Source of the DNA: a virus
Taxonomy: Duplodnaviria > Heunggongvirae > Uroviricota > Caudoviricetes
Strand: one strand, 5' to 3'
Length of the DNA stretch: 49,446 nt
Virus record (IMG/VR): IMGVR_UViG_2563366799_000006
Position 1 is the stretch's first letter; the number at the start of each line of letters is the position of its first letter. The notes under the pieces are model-generated. The model did no database searches. It was not told the DNA's origin and worked only from the letters and a program-made list of their open reading frames with translations. Positions 8,438 to 16,696 of the stretch are shown here, piece by piece. Position numbers and translations under genes: made by a program.

Positions 8438-8506
8438 ATCGCCACAGCGATTAATAAGCAAAAAATCGCATAGGCGATTGACATTCGTTAAAGCGATAAA
8501 CATAAT
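8438..8506 (+). promoter_or_regulatory. OR operators and PR promoter
   Basis: Palindromes ATCGC-CACA-GCGAT (8438-8451) and ATCGC-ATAG-GCGAT (8466-8478); TTGACA at 8478-8483, 17-nt spacer, CATAAT at 8501-8506; AGGAG RBS and cro ATG follow. Confidence 0.6.
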
Positions 8507-8533
8507 CAACCTAAATTGATAGAAGGAGCGATT

Positions 8534-8764
8534 ATGAAAAACCCTGCTGTAGAAAAAGCGATTGCAATCGCCGGTAGTCAGAAAGAGCTAGCGAAGCGAT
8601 GTGGTAAGGCCCAATCCACGGTCTGTGACTGGTTAAATGGGAAAAAACAAATCTCCCCGATCCATGTTCCTGTTTTGGTAAAGGCAAGCGAAGGACAGAT
8701 TCAAGCTCATGAATTCCGTCCCGACCTTCCTGAATTGTTTCCGCATCCACATTCAGCCGCCTGA
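8534..8764 (+). CDS. cro: Cro-like HTH regulator (ORF track 8516..8764 uses an upstream TTG)
   Basis: ATG at 8534 with AGGAG RBS; HTH GSQKELAKRCGKAQSTVCDWLNGKK; divergent from cI. Confidence 0.75.
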   Translation: MKNPAVEKAIAIAGSQKELAKRCGKAQSTVCDWLNGKKQISPIHVPVLVKASEGQIQAHEFRPDLPELFPHPHSAA

Positions 8765-8795
8765 CCGGCGGCGCTAACCATCAAGGGAAAGCACT

Positions 8796-9071
8796 ATGCA
8801 ATCACTTACGTTTTACCAGGATACAGGATTGCCGCAGCAGGCGGTGATAAATCGTGCTCAAGCGTGCAAGGGACCTAGCCATGAAGATATTCGTGATGCC
8901 GTTCGCTCATGGGCGGGTGTAGATGGTCAGGATGTCGTTTCTGCTCTGATCATCGAAGAGTACCAGGCGCAGGGTGGTGATGACATCACTTTCCCTGATG
9001 ATCTCTGCCGAAAGCGCCAGAAGCTGTTTCGCTTCCTGGACAACCACTTCAACAGCGAGCGTTACCGCTAG
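8796..9071 (+). CDS. YdaT-like (cII-position) protein, N-terminal part ending at an in-frame amber codon
   Basis: 91-aa ORF ends at TAG 9069-9071; the same frame stays open to 9335; YdaT similarity is from memory. Confidence 0.5.
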   Translation: MQSLTFYQDTGLPQQAVINRAQACKGPSHEDIRDAVRSWAGVDGQDVVSALIIEEYQAQGGDDITFPDDLCRKRQKLFRFLDNHFNSERYR

Positions 9072-9152
9072 AACGTCCGCCAGCTGACTCCGGCAATCCT
9101 CGCTGTCCTGCCGATTGAATACCGCAATCGTCTGCTACCAGAAGACAACGTA

Positions 9153-9335
9153 ATGGCTCGTCTGGCAAGGCTGGAGAAGGAAACCAGCGAAGCGAAGATT
9201 GCTGTCGCAATGGATGCGCCACGTCATCAGAAGCTGAAAGAGTTGAGCGAGGGGATCGTGGAGATGTATCGCGTTGACCCTGGGTTAACCGGTCCGTTGA
9301 TGGAAATAGTGCAGATTATGCTGGGGGCTATATGA
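9153..9335 (+). CDS. Downstream part of the same reading frame as 8796..9071 (possible pseudogene fragment)
   Basis: Same frame as 8796..9071, separated by a single TAG; no convincing RBS before the ATG at 9153. Confidence 0.3.
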   Translation: MARLARLEKETSEAKIAVAMDAPRHQKLKELSEGIVEMYRVDPGLTGPLMEIVQIMLGAI

Positions 9336-9386
9336 CCGGTTCAAAAATGGCGAAAGCCGCGGTGCTCGAACACCAACGGCTTTCAG

Positions 9387-10328
9387 GTGCAAAAACAGTG
9401 CGTAATTGCGGAGAACAGTATGTCAAACACCGCTGAAATAATCAATTTCCCAAATAAAACCGAACAACCGGGAGGTCGTATGACCGACCTGTCGAACGGG
9501 TATACCAAGGTCGCTAACGAGATCCAACAGCTTAAGCCTCGCCTGAGACTGTCAGGCCGGGAATGGCAATGTTTTGAGGCGGTGATCTGGCTTACCTACG
9601 GCTGGAACAAGAAACAGGACCGCGTGACAAATACGGTTATTGCCGAGCTTACGGGCCTGAGCGATACGCATGTATCGGACGCGCTTAAGTCTCTCGCAGA
9701 ACGCAAAATCATCTTTTCACAGAAGCAGGGCATGATGAAAATCGTCGGTGTAAACACTGACCTTTCAGCATGGATTTTAGACAAACCGGAAACGGGAAGA
9801 AAATTCCCGAAAACGGGAAAATCCTTCCCGAAATCAGGAATAACCTTCCCGAAAACGGTAGACACCCAATACAAGAACAAGAACAGTATTAAAAGATCTT
9901 CGTCCGAGAATTCTGACGAATCCTCTGACGCACGTCTGAAGAAATTTTTATCAACTCATCCTGAAGCTGCGGTCTACACACCATCCGGTGCGAAGTGGGG
10001 CTCTGCTGAAGACCTCGAGACAGCTAAGTGGATTTCCTCCAGGGTGAAGCTGATTAACCCAACCTGCAAAGCCCCGGACATGACCTCCTGGTCTAACACT
10101 GTTCGCCTGATGCGCCAGATAGACAACCGGTCGCACCAGGACATCTGCGCGCTGTATGACTGGGCTAGCAAACACCACTTCTGGCAGACCAACATCCTGA
10201 GTCCCGAAAGCCTGCGTAAGCAGTGGGACAAGCTGACAATGCAGCGTAACGCCGGAGGTGAGCAGCGCGCTGTCAAGCCAGATCTGGACTTCAACAACAC
10301 TGACTGGGCCTATGGGGTGATCCGATGA
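9387..10328 (+). CDS. O: Replication initiation protein O (phage_rep_O family)
   Basis: 313 aa; GTG at 9387 or ATG at 9420; N-terminal motif REWQCFEAVIWLTYGW...LTGLSDTHVSDALKSL; ori iterons inside the gene; stop overlaps the P start. Confidence 0.85.
   Translation: MQKQCVIAENSMSNTAEIINFPNKTEQPGGRMTDLSNGYTKVANEIQQLKPRLRLSGREWQCFEAVIWLTYGWNKKQDRVTNTVIAELTGLSDTHVSDALKSLAERKIIFSQKQGMMKIVGVNTDLSAWILDKPETGRKFPKTGKSFPKSGITFPKTVDTQYKNKNSIKRSSSENSDESSDARLKKFLSTHPEAAVYTPSGAKWGSAEDLETAKWISSRVKLINPTCKAPDMTSWSNTVRLMRQIDNRSHQDICALYDWASKHHFWQTNILSPESLRKQWDKLTMQRNAGGEQRAVKPDLDFNNTDWAYGVIR
9786..9861. repeat. Origin-of-replication iterons (about four ~20-bp repeats, core TCCCGAAAACGGGA)
   Basis: Repeats at about 9786, 9805, 9825 and 9845, each with internal dyad TCCCG-N4-CGGGA, followed by an AT-rich stretch to about 9905; located inside O as in lambda. 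Confidence 0.6.
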
Positions 10329-11014
10329 AATCTCTTGCAGAGCAGATGCGTAACCACGACCGCGAGCAGATGAGCCGCATGGCCCATAACCTGCCAGAGC
10401 AGTACCAGGAGTGCGCGCCGGTCGAGCAGGTGGCGCAGGTATTCAACAAGCTGTTCAACGAGCTGCGCGCCGCGTTCCCGGCCAGCATGGCGAACTTCCG
10501 CACCCAGGAAGACCTGAACGAATTCCGCCGTCAGTGGCTGCTGGCGTTTCAGGAGAACGGGATCCACACCATGGCTCAGGTCGATGCCGGCATGCGCATT
10601 GCCCGCCGCCAGGAGCGCCCATTCCTGCCGTCGCCGGGCCAGTTCGTCGCCTGGTGCAAGCAGAGCGGCGGCGCGCTGGGCGTCAACGTTGACCAGGTGA
10701 TCGCCGAATACTGGGACTGGCGTAACCGCTCGTTCGAATTCATCTCCAGCGAGCAATTTCCATGGTCGCAGCCGGTCATGTACCACATTTGCGTAGAATT
10801 GCGCCACCGCAGCACCGAGCGCCAGTTAACGCATGGTGAACTGGCACGCGAGGCAGGCGATCTGCTGGACATGTGGGAAAGGCGCGTCACCGAGGGTAAG
10901 CCAGTGCCGCCGGTACGCCGGGCTATTGCCGCACCAGCTGCCGAGCAAGGGCCGACGCCGATCCAGCTGCTGCTGGCCAAGTACAACCGCAACAAGTCGA
11001 ACGGGATGGTGTGA
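10325..11014 (+). CDS. P: Replication protein P (helicase loader, lambda P-like)
   Basis: 229 aa; recalled similarity to lambda P (REQM.R.A.N.PEQY, VAQ, FPAS.AN, RRQW.LAF.ENGI.TM.QV.AGMR.ARRQ.RPFLPSPGQFVAWC). Confidence 0.9.
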   Translation: MKSLAEQMRNHDREQMSRMAHNLPEQYQECAPVEQVAQVFNKLFNELRAAFPASMANFRTQEDLNEFRRQWLLAFQENGIHTMAQVDAGMRIARRQERPFLPSPGQFVAWCKQSGGALGVNVDQVIAEYWDWRNRSFEFISSEQFPWSQPVMYHICVELRHRSTERQLTHGELAREAGDLLDMWERRVTEGKPVPPVRRAIAAPAAEQGPTPIQLLLAKYNRNKSNGMV

Positions 11015-11015
11015 C

Positions 11016-11360
11016 ATGAACATAACAATCCGTGAGCAGGTGCTGGCAGCCCTGCGCAACAACCCAGGGTTGAACAACGCCAAACTGGCAGGGCTTATCG
11101 GCATGGACACCAAAAAGATATCCGGAACGGTGAGCACGCTGCTGGCAGACGGCCTGATCCGCTGCGAAGGAAAATACGGCCAGCGCCTTTACAGCCTGAC
11201 CAGCTACGGAATGCGCTTCGCCCCTGACACGATACCTGGCATGAAGCAGGGTAAGTCGAAGTTAATTCAGCGGACGGACACAAACGTGATCTGCCAGGAG
11301 TGCCGCAACAGCGCGGCGATGAGAAGGGTATTGATGGTTTGGGGGAGGGTAGGGGTATGA
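11016..11360 (+). CDS. Hypothetical winged-helix-like DNA-binding protein
   Basis: ATG at 11016 (ORF track extends to 10833 in the same frame); 114 aa. Confidence 0.45.
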   Translation: MNITIREQVLAALRNNPGLNNAKLAGLIGMDTKKISGTVSTLLADGLIRCEGKYGQRLYSLTSYGMRFAPDTIPGMKQGKSKLIQRTDTNVICQECRNSAAMRRVLMVWGRVGV

Positions 11361-11554
11361 AAATCGAAGATATCAAAAACGTCGCGGTGTTCTTCAATAT
11401 GAACGGCAAGACAGTAGCGTTACGAATGGATGCTGAGCAGAAGCGGATCGTCGCATTAATGGCGCTTAACACGGCTGATGCTCGGGCAGAACTGATTGAA
11501 GTGCCGCACATGACTTTACCAGCAGACCCAGCCATGGAGGAGGCCGCCCAATGA
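11357..11554 (+). CDS. Hypothetical small protein
   Basis: ATG at 11357 (MKIEDIK...) after a G-rich RBS; ORF track extends to 11300. Confidence 0.45.
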   Translation: MKIEDIKNVAVFFNMNGKTVALRMDAEQKRIVALMALNTADARAELIEVPHMTLPADPAMEEAAQ

Positions 11555-12096
11555 GCAACATCGACAAACGTGGATTACGGGAAGCAGCGGAGAAGGCGAC
11601 GAAAGGCCGGTGGGCTGTTGAGTTCGACGATGAGATTTACTCCACTGACGGCGTGAACCATGAGCAAATAGCCATGGTATTCAGTGAAAACGAAGCGCGT
11701 GATGCTGCATTTATCGCCGCAGCCAACCCCGCCACCGTGCTGGCGCTGCTGGATGAGCTGGAAGCCGCAGAGAAGCGCATAGCAGAACTGGAGGCGCGTT
11801 CATTCAATCCAGCAATTCTGGATGTGGTAGCCGAACGTCAGCGGCAACAGTCGGTTGAAGGATGGACTCCTGAACATGACAACGCATATCAAAATAGCGA
11901 ATTAGCAGATGCAGCGGCTTGTTACGCAATTCATGCGCACAACCAAGGTTTCTCCACTCCAGCACATTGGCCGTGGTCGCCTGATTGGTGGAAGCAATCA
12001 GGAGCACGCTGCGACTTGGTAAAAGCTGGCGCTCTTATTCTGGCAGAAATTGAACGCATTGACCGCGCCGCTGGCATTGGCGTGAAGGGGGAATGA
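11551..12096 (+). CDS. Ead/Ea22-like family protein
   Basis: 181 aa; N-terminus MSNIDKRGLREAAEKATKGRWAVEFDDEIYSTDG recalls Ead/Ea22-like prophage proteins. Confidence 0.55.
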   Translation: MSNIDKRGLREAAEKATKGRWAVEFDDEIYSTDGVNHEQIAMVFSENEARDAAFIAAANPATVLALLDELEAAEKRIAELEARSFNPAILDVVAERQRQQSVEGWTPEHDNAYQNSELADAAACYAIHAHNQGFSTPAHWPWSPDWWKQSGARCDLVKAGALILAEIERIDRAAGIGVKGE

Positions 12097-12097
12097 G

Positions 12098-12475
12098 ATG
12101 GCACTGACGAAAAAACAGCGTGCAGAACTGCGCATGAAGTTTGGCGGTCGCTGTGCTTATTGCGGCTGTGAACTTGGCGATAAGTGGCATGCAGACCATG
12201 TAGAAGCGGTACGAAGAAATATCAGCAACGGCTACGCAATGGACAGGCCAGAAAATGACACGGTCAGCAACATGGTTCCAGCATGCATTCCATGCAACTT
12301 GTTCAAAATGTGCAGCACAGTAGAAGACTTTCGCAGCCGCATAGCCACTCAGGTTGATGTAACTCGCCGTGCGTCAAGAAGTTACCGCACAGCGGAATCA
12401 TTTGGCCTGGTTAAACAGACTAACGCACCAGTTGTGTTCTGGTTCGAGCGGTATCAAGAGGGGGATAACTTGTGA
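12098..12475 (+). CDS. HNH endonuclease
   Basis: 125 aa; CAYCGC...HADH...CIPCN zinc-finger/HNH motif. Confidence 0.8.
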   Translation: MALTKKQRAELRMKFGGRCAYCGCELGDKWHADHVEAVRRNISNGYAMDRPENDTVSNMVPACIPCNLFKMCSTVEDFRSRIATQVDVTRRASRSYRTAESFGLVKQTNAPVVFWFERYQEGDNL

Positions 12476-12690
12476 CCAAAATGTTCCTGAAGAATTATCC
12501 GCGCCAAAGCCGTGTTAAAGAGGCTCTATTTTTCCTTCTCTTTCTTATTTTAATGATTCCAATATCACCGATAGTCCTCATCTGGTTAGCAGGAGAACAG
12601 GCAGAAAAGATAGCTGAGTGGTATAGCTCCATCGTATGGGGGCCATTTAACAAACTGCACAACAAATTAAATCCGTACAGGGAGGACTAA
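12472..12690 (+). CDS. Small hydrophobic membrane protein
   Basis: GTG at 12472 overlapping the HNH stop, or ATG at 12481; hydrophobic core LFFLLFLILMIPISPIVLIWLAG. Confidence 0.45.
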   Translation: MTKMFLKNYPRQSRVKEALFFLLFLILMIPISPIVLIWLAGEQAEKIAEWYSSIVWGPFNKLHNKLNPYRED

Positions 12691-12693
12691 CCC

Positions 12694-13146
12694 ATGACAA
12701 CTAACAACCACCCGGCGCACGGTCCTGTATCACTCGATCGCCTGCACCAGATAAGCGAAATACTCAGCAACGCAGCAGCACAAAGCGACGGCGGTAATCT
12801 CGGCTATGCAATGGCTGATGCTGTGAAGGTGATTGATGGAGTTCTGGAGTCGATGGCCCGTGAGCAAGTACGCCGTGAGCATGCTACATGGTCACAGGCT
12901 ACTTTCGGCGATGTCGGTCCAGTTGGTCCGCTGAAGCACCTTTCCAAAGAAGCGCTCGAGGCGGCAGCTGAACCAAGTGACCTTACCGAATGGGCTGACA
13001 TGCAATTCCTGTTATGGGATGCGCAACGTCGTGCCGGTATCAGTGATGAGCAGATTACCCTGGCGATGGTAGAAAAGTTGGCGGTTAACAAACAGCGCGA
13101 ATGGCCTGAGCCGAAAGATGGTGAGCCGCGTCTGCACATCAAGTAG
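12694..13146 (+). CDS. Hypothetical protein, possibly MazG-like nucleotide pyrophosphohydrolase (DUF550-like)
   Basis: 150 aa; recalled resemblance to prophage dATP/dGTP pyrophosphohydrolase-domain proteins. Confidence 0.45.
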   Translation: MTTNNHPAHGPVSLDRLHQISEILSNAAAQSDGGNLGYAMADAVKVIDGVLESMAREQVRREHATWSQATFGDVGPVGPLKHLSKEALEAAAEPSDLTEWADMQFLLWDAQRRAGISDEQITLAMVEKLAVNKQREWPEPKDGEPRLHIK

Positions 13147-13199
13147 ACTCTTATGGATAATTGAACCCTAATTCATTATGAACATAATAAGGAGTCCTT

Positions 13200-13520
13200 A
13201 TGTCTTACATAATGCCTGAAAAAGGCCAAATGAATGAATATGGAATTGAGGCTTTCGGGATCCCGCTTACCAGTAGGCATGGAGTTGCGATGGAACTGTC
13301 TCAAATGCTACGTTTTTCTTACTATGTAGCTTCAGTTGGGCTTGTAAAATGTATTGAAAGTGTCTTCTATGATTCAGGCTCTTGCTGCTGTAATTTTGAA
13401 TTTATTCCCGGGTTTAATGAGTATTCGGAGGAGGCAGAAAAAATTAGACAGTGCGCGCTACGTTCGATTGGGCAATTTGAATGGTTCGGTATGATTGAAC
13501 ACGGCGACATCAACGGCTAA
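13200..13520 (+). CDS. Hypothetical protein (first gene of the AT-rich insert)
   Basis: 106 aa; GGAG RBS; own terminator downstream; AT-rich by eye. Confidence 0.5.
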   Translation: MSYIMPEKGQMNEYGIEAFGIPLTSRHGVAMELSQMLRFSYYVASVGLVKCIESVFYDSGSCCCNFEFIPGFNEYSEEAEKIRQCALRSIGQFEWFGMIEHGDING

Positions 13521-13548
13521 GTGTTTAACTCCAATAGCAAACGAATAA

Positions 13549-13573
13549 AAGCCTCTAAGTTAGAGGTTTTTTA
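13549..13573 (+). terminator. Intrinsic terminator
   Basis: Stem CCTCT / AGAGG with a 4-nt loop followed by TTTTTT. Confidence 0.55.
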
Positions 13574-13775
13574 TGTCTGAAAGGTAGCATTACCAAGTCT
13601 ATGGTTGCCTAGCTCAGTCAGGCTTGTATTTGGTTGCTTAGCAATCAACTCATGCGACATGAGCGGGATCTTTCTAATCATCATTTTCGGTAAATGATTT
13701 TGGTTGCTTGGTTGACAAAATCGAGAAAATGCGAAAATATATGGTTTACGAATTCCAAAAAAAGCGAAACTTGAA

Positions 13776-14426
13776 ATGAGCGACAACCAGTTAGCACCTT
13801 GTTGGGAATTTCAGCCTTACCTTGCTGAAAGCAATGTTCGTCAGTTGTTAGCGGAAATTGCTAATGTACTCGAGCAATTGTACTACCACAAACACACACT
13901 GGACAGTAACTGGTCCGAAGGTGTAAGGGCTTATGATTGGGTCAGAAATCATTTGATTCAAAGTGAAGGGACACTGCCGGGTCTGGAAATGGTTTCGAAG
14001 GGACTGGATTATGTGGTTGCGTTAAATAAAGTGCCGCTGCAGTTCTCCAAAGATTGCATTAATAACCCGAAGAAGAAGCATCGCCTTCTTCGAAATAGGG
14101 TGGAGCATGAGCAACTTTCATTGTTCGGTGAAACTGAAGCCGAGCAAGATATTACATGGCGGATCATCGCCGAACCATTTTTATCCGATGAAGAAGATGG
14201 CGAGCTGGAATCAACATTGCCTCGCTGGGAAGTGGCTTTAGTTGGGTTTAACGCATATGGTGCCCAGATCAGTATGGTTTCACACCAATCTACTGCTTCA
14301 GCGCCGCTTATGTCTCTTGATACCAACACTCTTCCGGATGAAGCTGAGATTGGCAAAGCCTCTCTTCGCCGCCGTAAAAAAGATCAAGATTTGGATGTGA
14401 GCAGTAATGGAACATCAAGTGAATGA
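13776..14426 (+). CDS. Hypothetical protein, upstream partner of the HTH-ImmA/IrrE metallopeptidase
   Basis: 216 aa; no motif recognised; 3' end overlaps the next gene by 20 bp. Confidence 0.6.
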   Translation: MSDNQLAPCWEFQPYLAESNVRQLLAEIANVLEQLYYHKHTLDSNWSEGVRAYDWVRNHLIQSEGTLPGLEMVSKGLDYVVALNKVPLQFSKDCINNPKKKHRLLRNRVEHEQLSLFGETEAEQDITWRIIAEPFLSDEEDGELESTLPRWEVALVGFNAYGAQISMVSHQSTASAPLMSLDTNTLPDEAEIGKASLRRRKKDQDLDVSSNGTSSE

Positions 14427-15510
14427 CTTTGCTGAGTATCGTGGGGATAAGCTCAAATTAGCCAGAATGGCTGTTGGGCTCTCCTGCGAAGAGTTAGCGG
14501 AGAAAATTGGTAAAACAAAACAATTCGTTAGCAAATTGGAAAAAGGGTTTAAACCATCAGAACAGTTGTTAGAATTAATCTCATCTGCGCTGATGATTAA
14601 ATCTGATTTCCTATTTACTGAACGAAAATATGCTTTAGAAAGCGATGTTTGCCATTTTCGGAGTAAAAAATCGAGAACCCAAACATTAACCAATAGTGTT
14701 CTGGCAAGGGCGGAGATTCTTAACATTATAATCTCTGCCGTTGAGGGAGAAATCGAGTTTCCTGATGTTTGCATACCTGAGCACCCCGGTGCTGAATTGC
14801 TGACTCCAAATGATATTGAACGTGTAGCGGAAGACTGCAGAAGAGCATGGAACTTAGGGCTGGGACCTATATCCTCAATGGTCAAACTGGCTGAGAGTTT
14901 GGGGGTTATTGTTGCTCATGTGACAGGAGTGGATGACCGCGTAGATGCTTTTACTGTTCATAACAACAGGCCAGTAATCATCCGAAATAACGTCAAAAAG
15001 AGTATATGCAGATTCCGATCAGATTTAGGTCACGAATTGGGGCACTTGGTTATGCACGAAGGTATAACCACAGGAGATAAAGTGACTGAATCGCAAGCGG
15101 ATCGTTTTTCAAGCGCGTTGCTAGTTCCTCGATTGTCCTTTATTAAAGAGTTTCCCCGTATACGAGGAAGACAGTTCGATTGGAACGCCCTAGTTGAGTT
15201 TAAGCTTCGGTGGAAGATTAGTCTTAAAATGTGCATTTACCGAGCAACAACTCTAGGCCTGCTGACGCAGGAGCAGGCAAGAACAGGTTATATGCATTTG
15301 AACTCTAAAGGATATACGAAAGTTGAACCAGGAGATGAATTTATTCGCCCGGAAGAACCGAGTATGTTAGCTGAGGCGATTGAAATGCTGGATGATGCAA
15401 CATGGATGAGCATTCTCATGAAAACTGGTTTAAGCCAGGAGTTGGTTAGGGAGTTATTCTCGGTAAACCGCCCACTGTCAAATCCAAGAAATCTACTTCA
15501 ACTGGTTTGA
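14407..15510 (+). CDS. XRE-family HTH fused to ImmA/IrrE-family (COG2856) zinc metallopeptidase
   Basis: 367 aa; N-terminal HTH (LSCEELAEKIGKTKQFVSKLEKG); HEXXH motif HELGHLVMHEG. Confidence 0.8.
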   Translation: MEHQVNDFAEYRGDKLKLARMAVGLSCEELAEKIGKTKQFVSKLEKGFKPSEQLLELISSALMIKSDFLFTERKYALESDVCHFRSKKSRTQTLTNSVLARAEILNIIISAVEGEIEFPDVCIPEHPGAELLTPNDIERVAEDCRRAWNLGLGPISSMVKLAESLGVIVAHVTGVDDRVDAFTVHNNRPVIIRNNVKKSICRFRSDLGHELGHLVMHEGITTGDKVTESQADRFSSALLVPRLSFIKEFPRIRGRQFDWNALVEFKLRWKISLKMCIYRATTLGLLTQEQARTGYMHLNSKGYTKVEPGDEFIRPEEPSMLAEAIEMLDDATWMSILMKTGLSQELVRELFSVNRPLSNPRNLLQLV

Positions 15511-15526
15511 CTCAAAGCTTGTAATA

Positions 15527-15550
15527 AACCCGCTATATGCGGGTTTTTTC
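15527..15550 (+). terminator. Intrinsic terminator
   Basis: AACCCGC-tatat-GCGGGTT followed by a T-run. Confidence 0.7.
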
Positions 15551-15754
15551 TTTCTGGTAGCGCGCTGCGGTAACGCGGTGCCACCGCCGTTCGCTGAAGC
15601 GCTGGTGCGTGCTAATTTGCCGGAACTATGCCAATCGAAACAAATAGCGGCTTAGAGTCTGAGTTTCAGGGCAGGACGTAACAAATCCTGCTACTTCAAT
15701 GACGTAGATTTAAACTTGATATAATTGGGCTCCAATCGACAAAGGAGCTATAAA

Positions 15755-15991
15755 ATGCATCACTATATATTTCCACGCAATAACGGCATAACACTGATTA
15801 AAACTGAGGAATTTATTCCTCAAGGCTCAATTTACGATATAGATGGTGGAGACCATTTGTGTATGCATGTGACGCTTAAAGATGGTACTTACGGGTATCT
15901 TCTACCTGTAGGAACCGCCTACAATCATCAATGGGTCATTGGACAAATAAACGCTGTTCGCCCAAATCCACTGGCATTTGATATCAACTAG
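15755..15991 (+). CDS. Hypothetical small protein
   Basis: ATG at 15755 with AAGGAG RBS (ORF track extends to 15725); TATAAT hexamer at 15720-15725; terminator follows. Confidence 0.5.
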   Translation: MHHYIFPRNNGITLIKTEEFIPQGSIYDIDGGDHLCMHVTLKDGTYGYLLPVGTAYNHQWVIGQINAVRPNPLAFDIN

Positions 15992-16022
15992 CCAGATATT
16001 GAGATGAATATTTGAAAACTAC

Positions 16023-16047
16023 AAAACCGCTTCGGCGGTTTTTCTTT
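16023..16047 (+). terminator. Intrinsic terminator
   Basis: AACCGC-ttcg-GCGGTT followed by a T-run. Confidence 0.65.
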
Positions 16048-16083
16048 GTATAATCCTTCTCAAAGCATTGAGGGGGATTCATC

Positions 16084-16341
16084 ATGTCTAGCCATAACAT
16101 CGCAGCAAAATCAAAAGAAGAACAGGACAAGGTGAACGTTGACCTTGCTGCTTCTGGTGTGGCGTACAAAGAACGCCTAAACATGCCAGTTATCGCTGAG
16201 CAGGTGGCCCGCGAGCAGCCAGAGAATCTTCGCGAATACTTCATGGAGCGCGTTCGTTACTACCGCGAGCAGAGCCTGACGCTGCCGAAAGCATCCGATT
16301 CGCGTTATCTGGATATGGCTGCGCAGAATGAGAAGAAGTAA
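16084..16341 (+). CDS. Hypothetical protein
   Basis: 85 aa; GAGGGGG RBS. Confidence 0.5.
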   Translation: MSSHNIAAKSKEEQDKVNVDLAASGVAYKERLNMPVIAEQVAREQPENLREYFMERVRYYREQSLTLPKASDSRYLDMAAQNEKK

Positions 16342-16595
16342 TGGGCTGCCTCATTGTAAGCGGAATCAAGTTTTACGTTCTGGCAGAAGGTGACTCATAT
16401 CCCGATCCGCATAATGATAATCGGTATGTCGGTGCATATGCCGTATTCCCGTTTGAGGGAAAGTGGGTTGCTCAGAAGTATTTCAGGGGAGGACGCTGGA
16501 GTGATATCACCGAACGCCGATTTAACACTGAAAACGAGGCATTCAACTTCACATACGAATACGCGTTTCTCCCGGAAAACCGCTACAAATATTAA
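16341..16595 (+). CDS. Hypothetical protein
   Basis: 84 aa; start overlaps the previous stop (TAATG). Confidence 0.5.
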   Translation: MGCLIVSGIKFYVLAEGDSYPDPHNDNRYVGAYAVFPFEGKWVAQKYFRGGRWSDITERRFNTENEAFNFTYEYAFLPENRYKY

Positions 16596-16696
16596 TCAGT
16601 TCAGCTAAAAGCAACATTTGATTTTCCATTATCAGCTGTACATAATGTCAGTGTCAGCCTGAACAACTGACAACTTGATGCGCCACGGAGAGTACC

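Noticed and set aside
9786-9861. Short tandem repeats considered as a possible CRISPR array
   Set aside because: Only about four ~20-bp repeats with no unique spacers, inside the O coding sequence; they fit replication-origin iterons.
10310-10807. Minus-strand 165-aa ORF and + strand Arg/Gly/Pro-rich ORF 10411..10692
   Set aside because: Both lie inside the well-supported P gene; typical alternative-frame ORFs of GC-rich coding DNA.
13712-13743. Sigma-70-type promoter for the AT-rich operon
   Set aside because: TTGACA -35 is clear, but no -10 hexamer at 17 to 19 bp spacing scores better than 3 or 4 of 6; mentioned in the finding but not listed as a feature.
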